NCBI GenBank assembly: GCA_963555985.3
Contig: OY820591.1
Span: 1,919,085 to 1,983,084 of the forward strand
Length of the DNA: 64,000 nt
Direction of reading: 5' to 3'
Source of the DNA: Dehalococcoidia bacterium
GTDB taxonomy: Bacteria; Chloroflexota; Dehalococcoidia; Bin125
Position numbers and translations under genes: made by a program. Each line of letters starts with the position of its first letter. Position 1 is the first letter of the stretch. Below the pieces are notes generated by a model. It did not search any database. It was given only the letters and a program-made list of their open reading frames with translations, and was not told the DNA's origin. This document shows positions 57,179-64,000 of this stretch, one piece after another.

Positions 57179-57243
57179 GCGCAGCCTTTGGCCTCTTGCG
57201 CGCCGAGTGCGCCGAACTTTTCTCACCACGAAGCAGGCAACGA

Positions 57244-58137
57244 ATGGAGAACTTGATGCCTGACACGCTCTCGACGCATGTCGAGTCCGCGAGCAACGAG
57301 ATCATCGAGCGCACGATCGCGCAGATGCCGCAGTCGGCCCCGATGCTCTCGCTGGCGCACAAGGTGACGATCCCGAAGGGATCGAACAAGGCGGAACTGC
57401 CCCGGGTGACCAGCGTCAGCGCCGTGCAGACGCCGGCGGAAGACGCGGAACTGAGCACGCGCTCCCGCTTCACTCTCGGGAGCAAGACGATTACGCCTAC
57501 CTTCCGCGCGATCCAGGTGCGGATTCACACCCGCGCGATCAACTACTCGCGCGAAGACTTGGTTCGTCTGGTCTCGAGCGAGATGGCGCTCTCGCAGGGA
57601 CAGGACATCGACACCGATCTGCTCGGCGAGTTCGCCAACTGGCACACGGACAACGATGTCGGCACGACGAACGTGGCTCTCAAGCTCGCCGAACTACGCA
57701 AAGCGCGGCGGTTCTTGCAGTCGGTGCCCCGGGCCAAGGGCGGGCCGCCGCGCGGCGATGTGGTCGCGGTGCTATCTCCGCTGGTGGCGGAACAGTTGCT
57801 GACCGAGCTCGGCGCGCGCGGCGTGGGCGCGGGCAGCCACTACATCCCCCACGGCATCTCCGAGCAGATGATCCGGCGGTTTCACGTCTCCGAGATCTCG
57901 CTGATGGGCGCCTCCGTGTTCGTGGACGGCTACATGACGACGGACAACGCGGGCGACTACATCTGCTCGATGTTCGGGCGTGAAGCGCTGGTCTGGGCCT
58001 GTTCGATGGACTGGGATCTCTCTGTCTTCGAGGTGCCCGAATGGCCCGGCAAGGTGCTGCGCTCGCTTGCCGACTACGAAGCCGCGATCGGCGGTTATCC
58101 CCACCACGGCTGTCAGATCACTGCGGACGGAGAGTGA
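57244..58137 (+). CDS. Phage major capsid protein (HK97-fold type)
   Basis: ..VTIPKGSNKAELPRV..A.EDAELS..TL..KTITP..FRAIQVRIHTRAINYSREDL..LVSSEMALSQGQDIDTDLLGEF.. matches the Phage_capsid family pattern as I recall it. ATG 57256 is an alternative start. Confidence 0.65.
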   Translation: MENLMPDTLSTHVESASNEIIERTIAQMPQSAPMLSLAHKVTIPKGSNKAELPRVTSVSAVQTPAEDAELSTRSRFTLGSKTITPTFRAIQVRIHTRAINYSREDLVRLVSSEMALSQGQDIDTDLLGEFANWHTDNDVGTTNVALKLAELRKARRFLQSVPRAKGGPPRGDVVAVLSPLVAEQLLTELGARGVGAGSHYIPHGISEQMIRRFHVSEISLMGASVFVDGYMTTDNAGDYICSMFGREALVWACSMDWDLSVFEVPEWPGKVLRSLADYEAAIGGYPHHGCQITADGE

Positions 58138-58139
58138 TC

Positions 58140-58457
58140 ATGCCGCTCGACGAACGCGGCCTCTACGCCCCGGCCGACTTCTCCGCCCTGCGCTCGCGCC
58201 GCTTCGCCGCGCCCCAGGTTGCTGCCGGACTGCGAGTCCAGCACGGCTGCCTGCGGGAGCCGAAGCAGACTCGGCAAGGACGCGAGTATCTGGGCCGCAA
58301 CCACCATCTCCTCGGCCAGGGTTTTCACGACTCACGCGAAGCGGAGCGGCTGCTGCTGGAGGCCGCTGCGCAGGAGGGTCTGCCCCACGACTCCGTCGAG
58401 ATCGAGGCGCGGCCTTGGCTGGAGACCGAGATCAATGCCGGCGCGGACCCGAGCTGA
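58140..58457 (+). CDS. Hypothetical protein (105 aa) downstream of the capsid gene
   Basis: ATG lies 2 nt after the capsid stop. No motif. The position fits a head-completion or decoration protein, but that is not verifiable here. Confidence 0.4.
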   Translation: MPLDERGLYAPADFSALRSRRFAAPQVAAGLRVQHGCLREPKQTRQGREYLGRNHHLLGQGFHDSREAERLLLEAAAQEGLPHDSVEIEARPWLETEINAGADPS

Positions 58458-58513
58458 ACGCACTCGGCTCCCGCGCCGGCGCGACCACCAGAGACAGGAA
58501 AGGAAACCGAACG

Positions 58514-58876
58514 ATGAACGAACGCAGCCACAGCTCCGACTCGCAGCCGACCGGCTCGGTCTGGAGCGTCTACCCGTTCCCCCTGGACAGGGGCGAGCGT
58601 CCGCTGATCTTCACCCACGAGCAGTACCGCAGCCTGCGCACCGATGGGCGGCTGGACGAATACGACATCCTCATGCTGCAGCCCAGCCTGGAGCTTGAGC
58701 CGGGTGAGCGCGAGCCGGACGAGGACAAGCGCTGGCAGCCGGTCGCGGCCAGGAAGTACCTCAAGTACCGAGCATTGGAGTGGCGCGAAGCGGACCAAAT
58801 CTCGGACCTGCCTGAGCGCTGGCAGGATCGGGCCGAGCAACTGGAAACGCTGATCGCGGAGCGCAGCTGGGACTGA
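58514..58876 (+). CDS. Hypothetical protein (120 aa)
   Basis: Internal ATG at 58514, preceded by GGAAAGGAAA. Balanced amino-acid composition. No motif. Confidence 0.5.
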   Translation: MNERSHSSDSQPTGSVWSVYPFPLDRGERPLIFTHEQYRSLRTDGRLDEYDILMLQPSLELEPGEREPDEDKRWQPVAARKYLKYRALEWREADQISDLPERWQDRAEQLETLIAERSWD

Positions 58877-58929
58877 TCCGCTCGGAGCAGCACCAGCGCG
58901 CTGAGGAGCAATGCAGAACGGAGTGAGAC

Positions 58930-59172
58930 ATGACCGAACAGCGAGCAACGGCCGACCAGCCGCCTCCCGCGTGCGCGCGCGGGGCGGCTGGCGGTCCCGC
59001 CAACTGCGAGTGCGCCTCGACCGGCGCGCTCTGGCAGTATCTGCGCCGGATTGAAGGCGGACTCGACCAGATCGAGTCCCGGATCGACCGGCTCTACGTC
59101 GCGATCGGGGGCGGGACTGTGTTGTTGGCGGCGATCAGTTTCGGAGCGGCGTTTATCGCTCGCGGGGGCTGA
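58930..59172 (+). CDS. Small coiled-coil protein with a C-terminal TM anchor (XhlA-like architecture)
   Basis: ..YLRRIEGGLDQIESRIDRLYVAIGGGTVLLAAISFGAAFIA. Confidence 0.5.
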   Translation: MTEQRATADQPPPACARGAAGGPANCECASTGALWQYLRRIEGGLDQIESRIDRLYVAIGGGTVLLAAISFGAAFIARGG

Positions 59173-59204
59173 GGGGGTGAGACGTGACGTGGCAGACGGG
59201 ACCG

Positions 59205-59412
59205 CGGCGTTTTCACCCCCTCTGCCCCCCCGCCTTCGCGGGGGCAGGCTCTTTGGGGCATCTCCCCCTCGAGAGACTTTCGCAACACTCCCCGAACTCC
59301 ACGCTTCGTCATTCCTGTGAACGCAGGAATCCAGGCGCCACTCGATACGCCGCATGGATTCCCGCCTGCGCGGGAATGACGGATATGGGGGTTTGCGACG
59401 GTCTCTCGAGGG
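59205..59412. repeat. Mosaic repeat cluster (A plus B) splitting the lysis cassette
   Basis: ..ttttcaccccctctgcccccccgccttcgcgggggcaggctc.., gtcattcctgtgaacgcaggaat.., cgatacgccgcatggattcccgcctgcgcgggaatgacggatatggggg. Confidence 0.85.
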
Positions 59413-59470
59413 GCAGATTGATCGGGAGTTGAGCATCGGATGTTCCGGTGCAACGGATTGGAGGCTTCGG

Positions 59471-59704
59471 ATGGCGGAGATAGTGAATTCGGGGCGCGGG
59501 GAGCGGCCGCTTTGGCTTCCTCGCGGGAGTGTTCGGGCGCTGATTGCGTTGGGTGTGATTGGCGTTTGGGCGGTTTTGGAGACGGGCGTGTTTGGGCCTG
59601 GGGAGGCCTCGGACGCGGTGCGCTCGATGGCGGTCGCGGTGGCGGCGGGCTACGGGGTGCTGCGCGAACGTGATCGTCGGTTGCAGGAAGGGAGCGGAGT
59701 ATGA
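59471..59704 (+). CDS. Putative holin (77 aa, two TM segments)
   Basis: Internal ATG at 59471. TM segments ALIALGVIGVWAVLETGVF and AVRSMAVAVAAGYGVL. The stop overlaps the amidase start (ATGA). Confidence 0.5.
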   Translation: MAEIVNSGRGERPLWLPRGSVRALIALGVIGVWAVLETGVFGPGEASDAVRSMAVAVAAGYGVLRERDRRLQEGSGV

Positions 59705-60417
59705 GCAGCACCAGCACGAGGGTCCGGCCGGCGCCGGATTTGAGCGGGATTCGGGGTTTGCCGGAGGGTGCGGCGACGATCTGGGCGCCTGCCCATCCGA
59801 GCAATTTCTACGCCGCTGGCTCGCCGGACCCGAAGCGGGGCGGCAGCGCTCCCTACCGGGGCGCGCCGCGCCGTATGGTAGCCATCTGCTACCACACGCC
59901 GGAGGAACCCTGGGACGACCGCGAGACGACGCCGGAGTGGTTCGCCAATCCCCAGGCGAACGCCTCCACGGGCTACTACGCGGACAGCGACGGCGACCTG
60001 TACCAAATGGTGCGGGACGCCGATTTCGCCTGGGCGCAGGGAGTGCGGACAGCGCAGCTGGTGCTGCCGCGGCCGCTCTGGTGGCGTGACGAATACGTCT
60101 CCTACAACACCTGCATGGCCTCAATCGAGATCGAGGGCTACGCGGATCGGATCGGGGAGACGTTCACGGTCGGCAGCCGCCAATTCGCCTCGGTGGTGGC
60201 CTGGTCGGCCTATATCTGCCGGAAGTACGGGATTCCGCCGGAGCGGGCGTATCACCTCGGCCACTCGGAGTTGACGCAGCGCAAGCACGACCCGGGCCCG
60301 GCCTTTCCCTGGGAACCGTTGCTGGCGGCGGTGGCGGCGCAGCTGGCGCTGGCGGAGCGGCCGCTGGAGGCGCGCGTGTTGGAGTTGGAGCGGCGCGTGT
60401 CTGTACTGGAGCGGTGA
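59701..60417 (+). CDS. N-acetylmuramoyl-L-alanine amidase (Amidase_2/PGRP-type endolysin) with a C-terminal coiled coil
   Basis: ..ICYHTPEE.., ..YNTCMASIEIEG.. and ..HLGHSELTQRKHDPGPAFPW.., the zinc-amidase motifs. Confidence 0.85.
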   Translation: MSSTSTRVRPAPDLSGIRGLPEGAATIWAPAHPSNFYAAGSPDPKRGGSAPYRGAPRRMVAICYHTPEEPWDDRETTPEWFANPQANASTGYYADSDGDLYQMVRDADFAWAQGVRTAQLVLPRPLWWRDEYVSYNTCMASIEIEGYADRIGETFTVGSRQFASVVAWSAYICRKYGIPPERAYHLGHSELTQRKHDPGPAFPWEPLLAAVAAQLALAERPLEARVLELERRVSVLER

Positions 60418-60444
60418 TGCACTGAGGCGAGATGATCGGCTAAT

Positions 60445-60852
60445 GTGTCTTCGACAGATTTTCGGCTCGTCGGACACTACGGGAAGAAGGGCGTCCAGGT
60501 CATGGAGGACGATTCCGGAACGTATCTACGAGGCGGCGAAGACGCGCTCGCTGATCGGGTGCAGTTGTGCTGGTCGCCGACGGCGCAACTGGCGCGCGAA
60601 TGGGGCGAAGAGGCTCGCTGGGAGCTGTTCGAGCAGTTGCTGACCTTGCAGGTGGAGCGGAGCGCGAATCGGGGCGCGCCGCTTGCGCCTGGGCGGTATT
60701 ACGCGGAGGTGTTTGACGACGCTGCGGAGGGCGCGCATGGGTTCCTGATTGAGATTCGGGCTGATCGATGTCGCGTAATCGAACGGGTTTGGCAAGAGAA
60801 GCCGCGGCGGGAGTTGCTGGCTTCGGTGGCGTTGGGGTTGGGTCGGTTGTAG
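60445..60852 (+). CDS. Hypothetical protein (135 aa)
   Basis: ORF track. Balanced amino-acid composition. No motif. Confidence 0.45.
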   Translation: MSSTDFRLVGHYGKKGVQVMEDDSGTYLRGGEDALADRVQLCWSPTAQLAREWGEEARWELFEQLLTLQVERSANRGAPLAPGRYYAEVFDDAAEGAHGFLIEIRADRCRVIERVWQEKPRRELLASVALGLGRL

Positions 60853-60861
60853 GGGCGGACT

Positions 60862-60912
60862 GGGGGAGGGATCCCCCTCTGTCCCCCCGCGATGCGGGGG
60901 GAGACAGGGAGC
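60862..60912. repeat. Family-A repeat (single unit)
   Basis: gggggagggatccccctctgtccccccgcgatgcggggggagacaggg. Confidence 0.7.
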
Positions 60913-60954
60913 CGGGTTCCCTCACGATGTGGTAGGAGAGGATGGAGCGAGGGC

Positions 60955-62337
60955 TTAGCGGGTGGGTTTTTGGCCGGACATGAGGGCGACGGGGCGGAGC
61001 AGCGGGGGCGGGGGCTTGACTCCTGCGCCGTTGCCGCTGCCCGCTCTCACGACTTGAGCGCCGCGAAGGTCGGTATCCGGAGTGAGGCTGATCTGCGGGG
61101 CGGCGCGCTCGTACTTGCGGATCGCCAGCCAGCCAAGCACGCCCACGGCGACCACGACGAACGTGATCAGACCAACACCCACCAGCACTTCACGCTCGCC
61201 CAGCAGATCGGCGATGATGCCGGCGGGGCCGCCGCTGACCGACGAGATCCCCCACGACATCATCGTGAAGGCGGTCACCCGGCCGAGATAAGCCGACTCG
61301 GTGTTCATCACGATCTTGGCCTGGAGCAGCAAGGTCGGCCCTTGCAGGCCGGGACCGAGCAAAGCCATGGAAGCGATGGCCACGCCATAGGTCTGAGCCT
61401 GCGACATCACGAGATAGCCGAGGCCCATCACGCCGAGCAGCACGAAGATCAGCGGCCACGACCAGCGCGAGGTGGCCATGCCGGCTACGCCGATCGCCAG
61501 TACCGCGCTGGCGATGCCGTTGACCGTCATCATCAGACCCATGTCGGTGGAGGCGCGGTCCAGGTGTTGTTCGAGCAGCGCCGGCGTGAGCACGCGGAAC
61601 ATGAAGCCGATTACGACCGTGGCCATGAAGAGGAACAGCATCAGGCGCAGGGGCGGCCGGCGGGCGACGTAGCGGATGCCGTCCATGAGGTCAGCGGCGG
61701 GACTGCGGCGCTCGCTCTGTTGCGGTTTGCCCGTATTCGGCATCACCGCCATCGAGAGCACGCCGATCGAGACCAGCACTCCCATGACGACATAGGTACC
61801 GCCGCCGCCCGCCGCCGATTCGAGCAGCAGCGCCGCGATCATCGGCGCGATCGGCATCCCCCAGCTATGCGCAAGCTGGTTCAGCGCGACCGCGTTGCCG
61901 ATCAGCCTGGGACCCACGATGTCGGCGGTAAAGGCGTTGCGCGCCGGTCCCATGAAGACGAAGGTCGCGCCCAGGATCAGGGTGAGAATGAACATCAAGG
62001 GCAAGTTGACGAGATCGAGCAAGAGCAAGACGCCGGTGAGGGCGAGCATCACCGCGCCGGCGCCCTGGCCCCAGACGATTAGGCGCTTGCGGTTGACGCG
62101 GTCGGCGATCACCCCGCCCCAGGGCGAGCCGATCAGCATCGAAATCCCGGTACCCATCGTCACCAAACCGACCGCCGAGTTGGTGCCGCCGAGGTCGTAG
62201 GAGACGACCGACATGGCGACGAACATCATCATGTAGGCGAGGGTCGCGAAGAGCGTGCCCGCGAAGAGGATGCGGAATTGTGGGTGCTCAAGCGCGAGGA
62301 AAGTGTTGGACTTCCAGCCCTGAATGCTTCGCCTCAT
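60955..62337 (-). CDS. MFS transporter
   Basis: 460 aa with about 12 TM segments. N-terminus ..FRILFAGTLFATLAYMM.. and an MFS loop motif ..GGVIADRVNRKRL.. Confidence 0.88.
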   Translation of the reverse strand: MRRSIQGWKSNTFLALEHPQFRILFAGTLFATLAYMMMFVAMSVVSYDLGGTNSAVGLVTMGTGISMLIGSPWGGVIADRVNRKRLIVWGQGAGAVMLALTGVLLLLDLVNLPLMFILTLILGATFVFMGPARNAFTADIVGPRLIGNAVALNQLAHSWGMPIAPMIAALLLESAAGGGGTYVVMGVLVSIGVLSMAVMPNTGKPQQSERRSPAADLMDGIRYVARRPPLRLMLFLFMATVVIGFMFRVLTPALLEQHLDRASTDMGLMMTVNGIASAVLAIGVAGMATSRWSWPLIFVLLGVMGLGYLVMSQAQTYGVAIASMALLGPGLQGPTLLLQAKIVMNTESAYLGRVTAFTMMSWGISSVSGGPAGIIADLLGEREVLVGVGLITFVVVAVGVLGWLAIRKYERAAPQISLTPDTDLRGAQVVRAGSGNGAGVKPPPPLLRPVALMSGQKPTR

Positions 62338-62446
62338 GCGAACAGTCTACGAGTGGGCGGTAGGATTGAGTGTCGCCGGGTTTGCCGGGGGGTGGATGGT
62401 GGCGCGGGGTTGTCGGAATCGTGAGTAGTGGCGATACGCTGGCGGA

Positions 62447-63034
62447 ATGTACGCTCAGCCGTCTCGCTGGCCGAAGGTTCTTGGGGTTGCGTTCGTTGCG
62501 GCGATCGTCGGTCTGGGGATCTGGGCGTTTGGGGTGGACAAGCCTCCGCGCACGGTGCAGGTGCAGATCGCGGTGCAGCACATTGAGGGTGAGCGGGCGC
62601 AGCTCGGAATCCGCGAGACCGATCACGAGGGGGTCGTGCATTTCTATGAGGTGACGGGCCTTGAGCTCGATTACTCGCTCGTCGATCGGCCGCGCTCGCT
62701 GTACACGGATCCGATCGTGCTCTCGAACGACCGTGAGAAAGCGCCGAGCCAAGTGCGGATCACGCTGCGCGGTGAGAGCGACAGCGAGGTCAAGCTGGGG
62801 CTGCGGGTGATGAAGCAGAACCGCCGCTGGACCAGTACGCGCTTTCCGCGCGACGAGCCGATCAGTCCGGCGGAGTGGCAGAGCGAGGAGTGGGTGTACT
62901 TGAGTGCGATCCCGATCAACGTGGTGTATCACCAGCTTGCGGTGGAGGGGATCCGGTTGTTTGTGTACATCATGATCGCGTTGGGGGTGATCTTTGCGGT
63001 GGCCTGGTTTGTCTGGCGTCGCTGGTTGAGTTAG
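62447..63034 (+). CDS. Hypothetical bitopic membrane protein
   Basis: TM segments at both ends (VLGVAFVAAIVGLGIWAF and LFVYIMIALGVIFAVAWFVW). Confidence 0.55.
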   Translation: MYAQPSRWPKVLGVAFVAAIVGLGIWAFGVDKPPRTVQVQIAVQHIEGERAQLGIRETDHEGVVHFYEVTGLELDYSLVDRPRSLYTDPIVLSNDREKAPSQVRITLRGESDSEVKLGLRVMKQNRRWTSTRFPRDEPISPAEWQSEEWVYLSAIPINVVYHQLAVEGIRLFVYIMIALGVIFAVAWFVWRRWLS

Positions 63035-63579
63035 TCGGCGAGGAGCTGTCGGAGGCCAGAGAGGAAGACCTGCAAACTCGGCGAGTGATTCGATTCCAGA
63101 TCGAGCAGCGGGCCGAGTTCTTCGGCCAATTGCCTCTTTCGTCGCCCTGCGAGTTCCATGAGCTGCGTAGCGGGCTGTTGTAGATTGTCCGGGGAGCGGA
63201 AGCGCGCTTGGCCTCGGACTTGGCGAAAACGCGGATAGAGATCGGACAATGTATCGGGATCGCCGAAATACCATGCCTCGAGCTCGTAGCACACGATTCG
63301 CACCAAGATTTCGTTGCGGCGATACTCCGGCACCACCGAGGCGATGTCCGACTTTCGCTGAAGGCAGTCTGCTTTGTCCTGATCACAGAGCACGACGAAG
63401 CGAGTATTCGGAGGCCAAGACATCCGTAAGTTCGCCTCGATGAGCGGCCTCATATTTTGGTACCCGCCGGCGATGCGGAAGACAATCTGAACGTCGTTCG
63501 GGATTGGGAGCCGCTCTCGCGCCCCTTCGAGGAAGGCGCGCATCGATGGCTCTTCGATCAGGAAAACTAAGAGTCGCAT
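63031..63579 (-). CDS. DUF4276-family protein (TOPRIM-like: Glu plus DxD)
   Basis: MRLLVFLIEEPS.. gives the conserved Glu, ..VVLCDQDKAD.. gives DxD, and ..YELEAWYFGD.. follows. The ATG overlaps the upstream ATPase stop (TGATG). Confidence 0.7.
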   Translation of the reverse strand: MRLLVFLIEEPSMRAFLEGARERLPIPNDVQIVFRIAGGYQNMRPLIEANLRMSWPPNTRFVVLCDQDKADCLQRKSDIASVVPEYRRNEILVRIVCYELEAWYFGDPDTLSDLYPRFRQVRGQARFRSPDNLQQPATQLMELAGRRKRQLAEELGPLLDLESNHSPSLQVFLSGLRQLLAD

Positions 63580-64000
63580 CAGTCCGGATAAGCGCCTTCA
63601 AATGCGCGCGACTTCCACATCCAACCGAGTTTGTTTCCGTAGTCGTACTCTTCGACCAATTGAGGGTACTCGCTCACTCGACGCGCTCGTGTGACTCCTC
63701 GTTCCTTAACCAGCCAAAACACTTCGTGCGGACGAACCGCATCCAGCAGGTCCGTAGAGTGTGTGGTGACGATGACCTGGCCTTGGCTGCGCTGTGAGTA
63801 ACTCCACAGCTCCTCGGTCAGCAGACCCAGCAGCGAATGGTACAACTGGTTTTCTGGTTCTTCGATACACATCAGCGGATGTGGTTCAGGATCGTGAATC
63901 ATCAAGAGGTACGCCCACATCTTCAGAGTTCCGTCGGATACTGACGCGGCACTGAACGGTTCGGATAGCCCGGCGTTATAGAATTGCAGCGCGACACGAC
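63579..64000 (-). CDS. ABC/AAA_15-21-type ATPase, C-terminal part; N-terminus lies beyond the right edge
   Basis: Manual extension of track ORF 63579-63920 to the window edge gives ..FSAASVSDGTLKMWAYLLMI.. (signature-like motif), Walker B ..LMCIEEPENQLH and D-loop/H-loop ..VIVTTHS.. Confidence 0.75.
   Translation of the reverse strand, partial: RVALQFYNAGLSEPFSAASVSDGTLKMWAYLLMIHDPEPHPLMCIEEPENQLYHSLLGLLTEELWSYSQRSQGQVIVTTHSTDLLDAVRPHEVFWLVKERGVTRARRVSEYPQLVEEYDYGNKLGWMWKSRAFEGAYPD

Noticed and set aside
45091-58137. Whether the HK97-fold capsid gene plus the ferritin-like proteins could form an encapsulin nanocompartment with diiron cargo.
   Set aside because: The capsid gene is 10 kb from the ferritin-like genes and on the other strand. 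It is preceded by a scaffold-like gene and accompanied by terminase, portal and lysis genes. The ferritin-like proteins are large two-paralog oxygenase-like proteins, not small cargo ferritins.

Overview
High-GC (about 65% by eye) bacterial chromosomal window, densely coded on both strands. Many long ORFs in the supplied track are Arg/Pro-rich shadow frames and were discarded. The window is too GC-rich for ORF length to count as evidence, so calls rest on motifs, start context and neighbour coupling. No rRNA, tRNA or CRISPR array was seen.

Supported content:
- Housekeeping and catabolic genes: acs (partial), rhodanese, HAD hydrolase, three tandem DinB paralogs, a 2-hydroxyacid dehydrogenase, a PRTase, a nitronate monooxygenase, two acyl-CoA-dehydrogenase-fold proteins, an LLM/F420-type oxidoreductase, a phosphotriesterase homolog, a fused double CaiB-type CoA-transferase, recF and an MFS transporter.
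- A minus-strand phosphatidylinositol/PIM-like lipid cluster: inositol-1-phosphate synthase, two LpxL/HtrB-type acyltransferases, a PHP phosphoesterase, a GT4 mannosyltransferase-like gene and a CDP-alcohol phosphatidyltransferase. A DNA methyltransferase sits in the same operon and a GPP34/GOLPH3-family gene lies alongside.
- Mobilome and defence-type genes: an SPPY methyltransferase followed by an HNH endonuclease carrying an in-frame TGA, a Phd/VapC pair, an IS30-family element, three Uma2 endonucleases (two are a recent tandem duplication), and an ABC-type ATPase plus DUF4276 pair at the right edge.
- Phage genes scattered over about 27 kb: terminase large subunit, portal-like protein, scaffold-like protein plus HK97-type capsid, and a lysis cassette.

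Most notable finding: three paralogous DsbA-like genes each have an in-frame TGA exactly at the first Cys of the CxxC motif, followed 20-22 nt later by a conserved hairpin. They are best explained as UxxC selenoproteins, which the ORF track splits into halves.

Second theme: at least 20 clusters of mosaic hairpin repeats make up roughly 3 kb (about 5% of the window, hand estimate). They fill most boundaries between gene modules. One hosts the IS30 insertion and one has become the in-frame linker of the CoA-transferase fusion.
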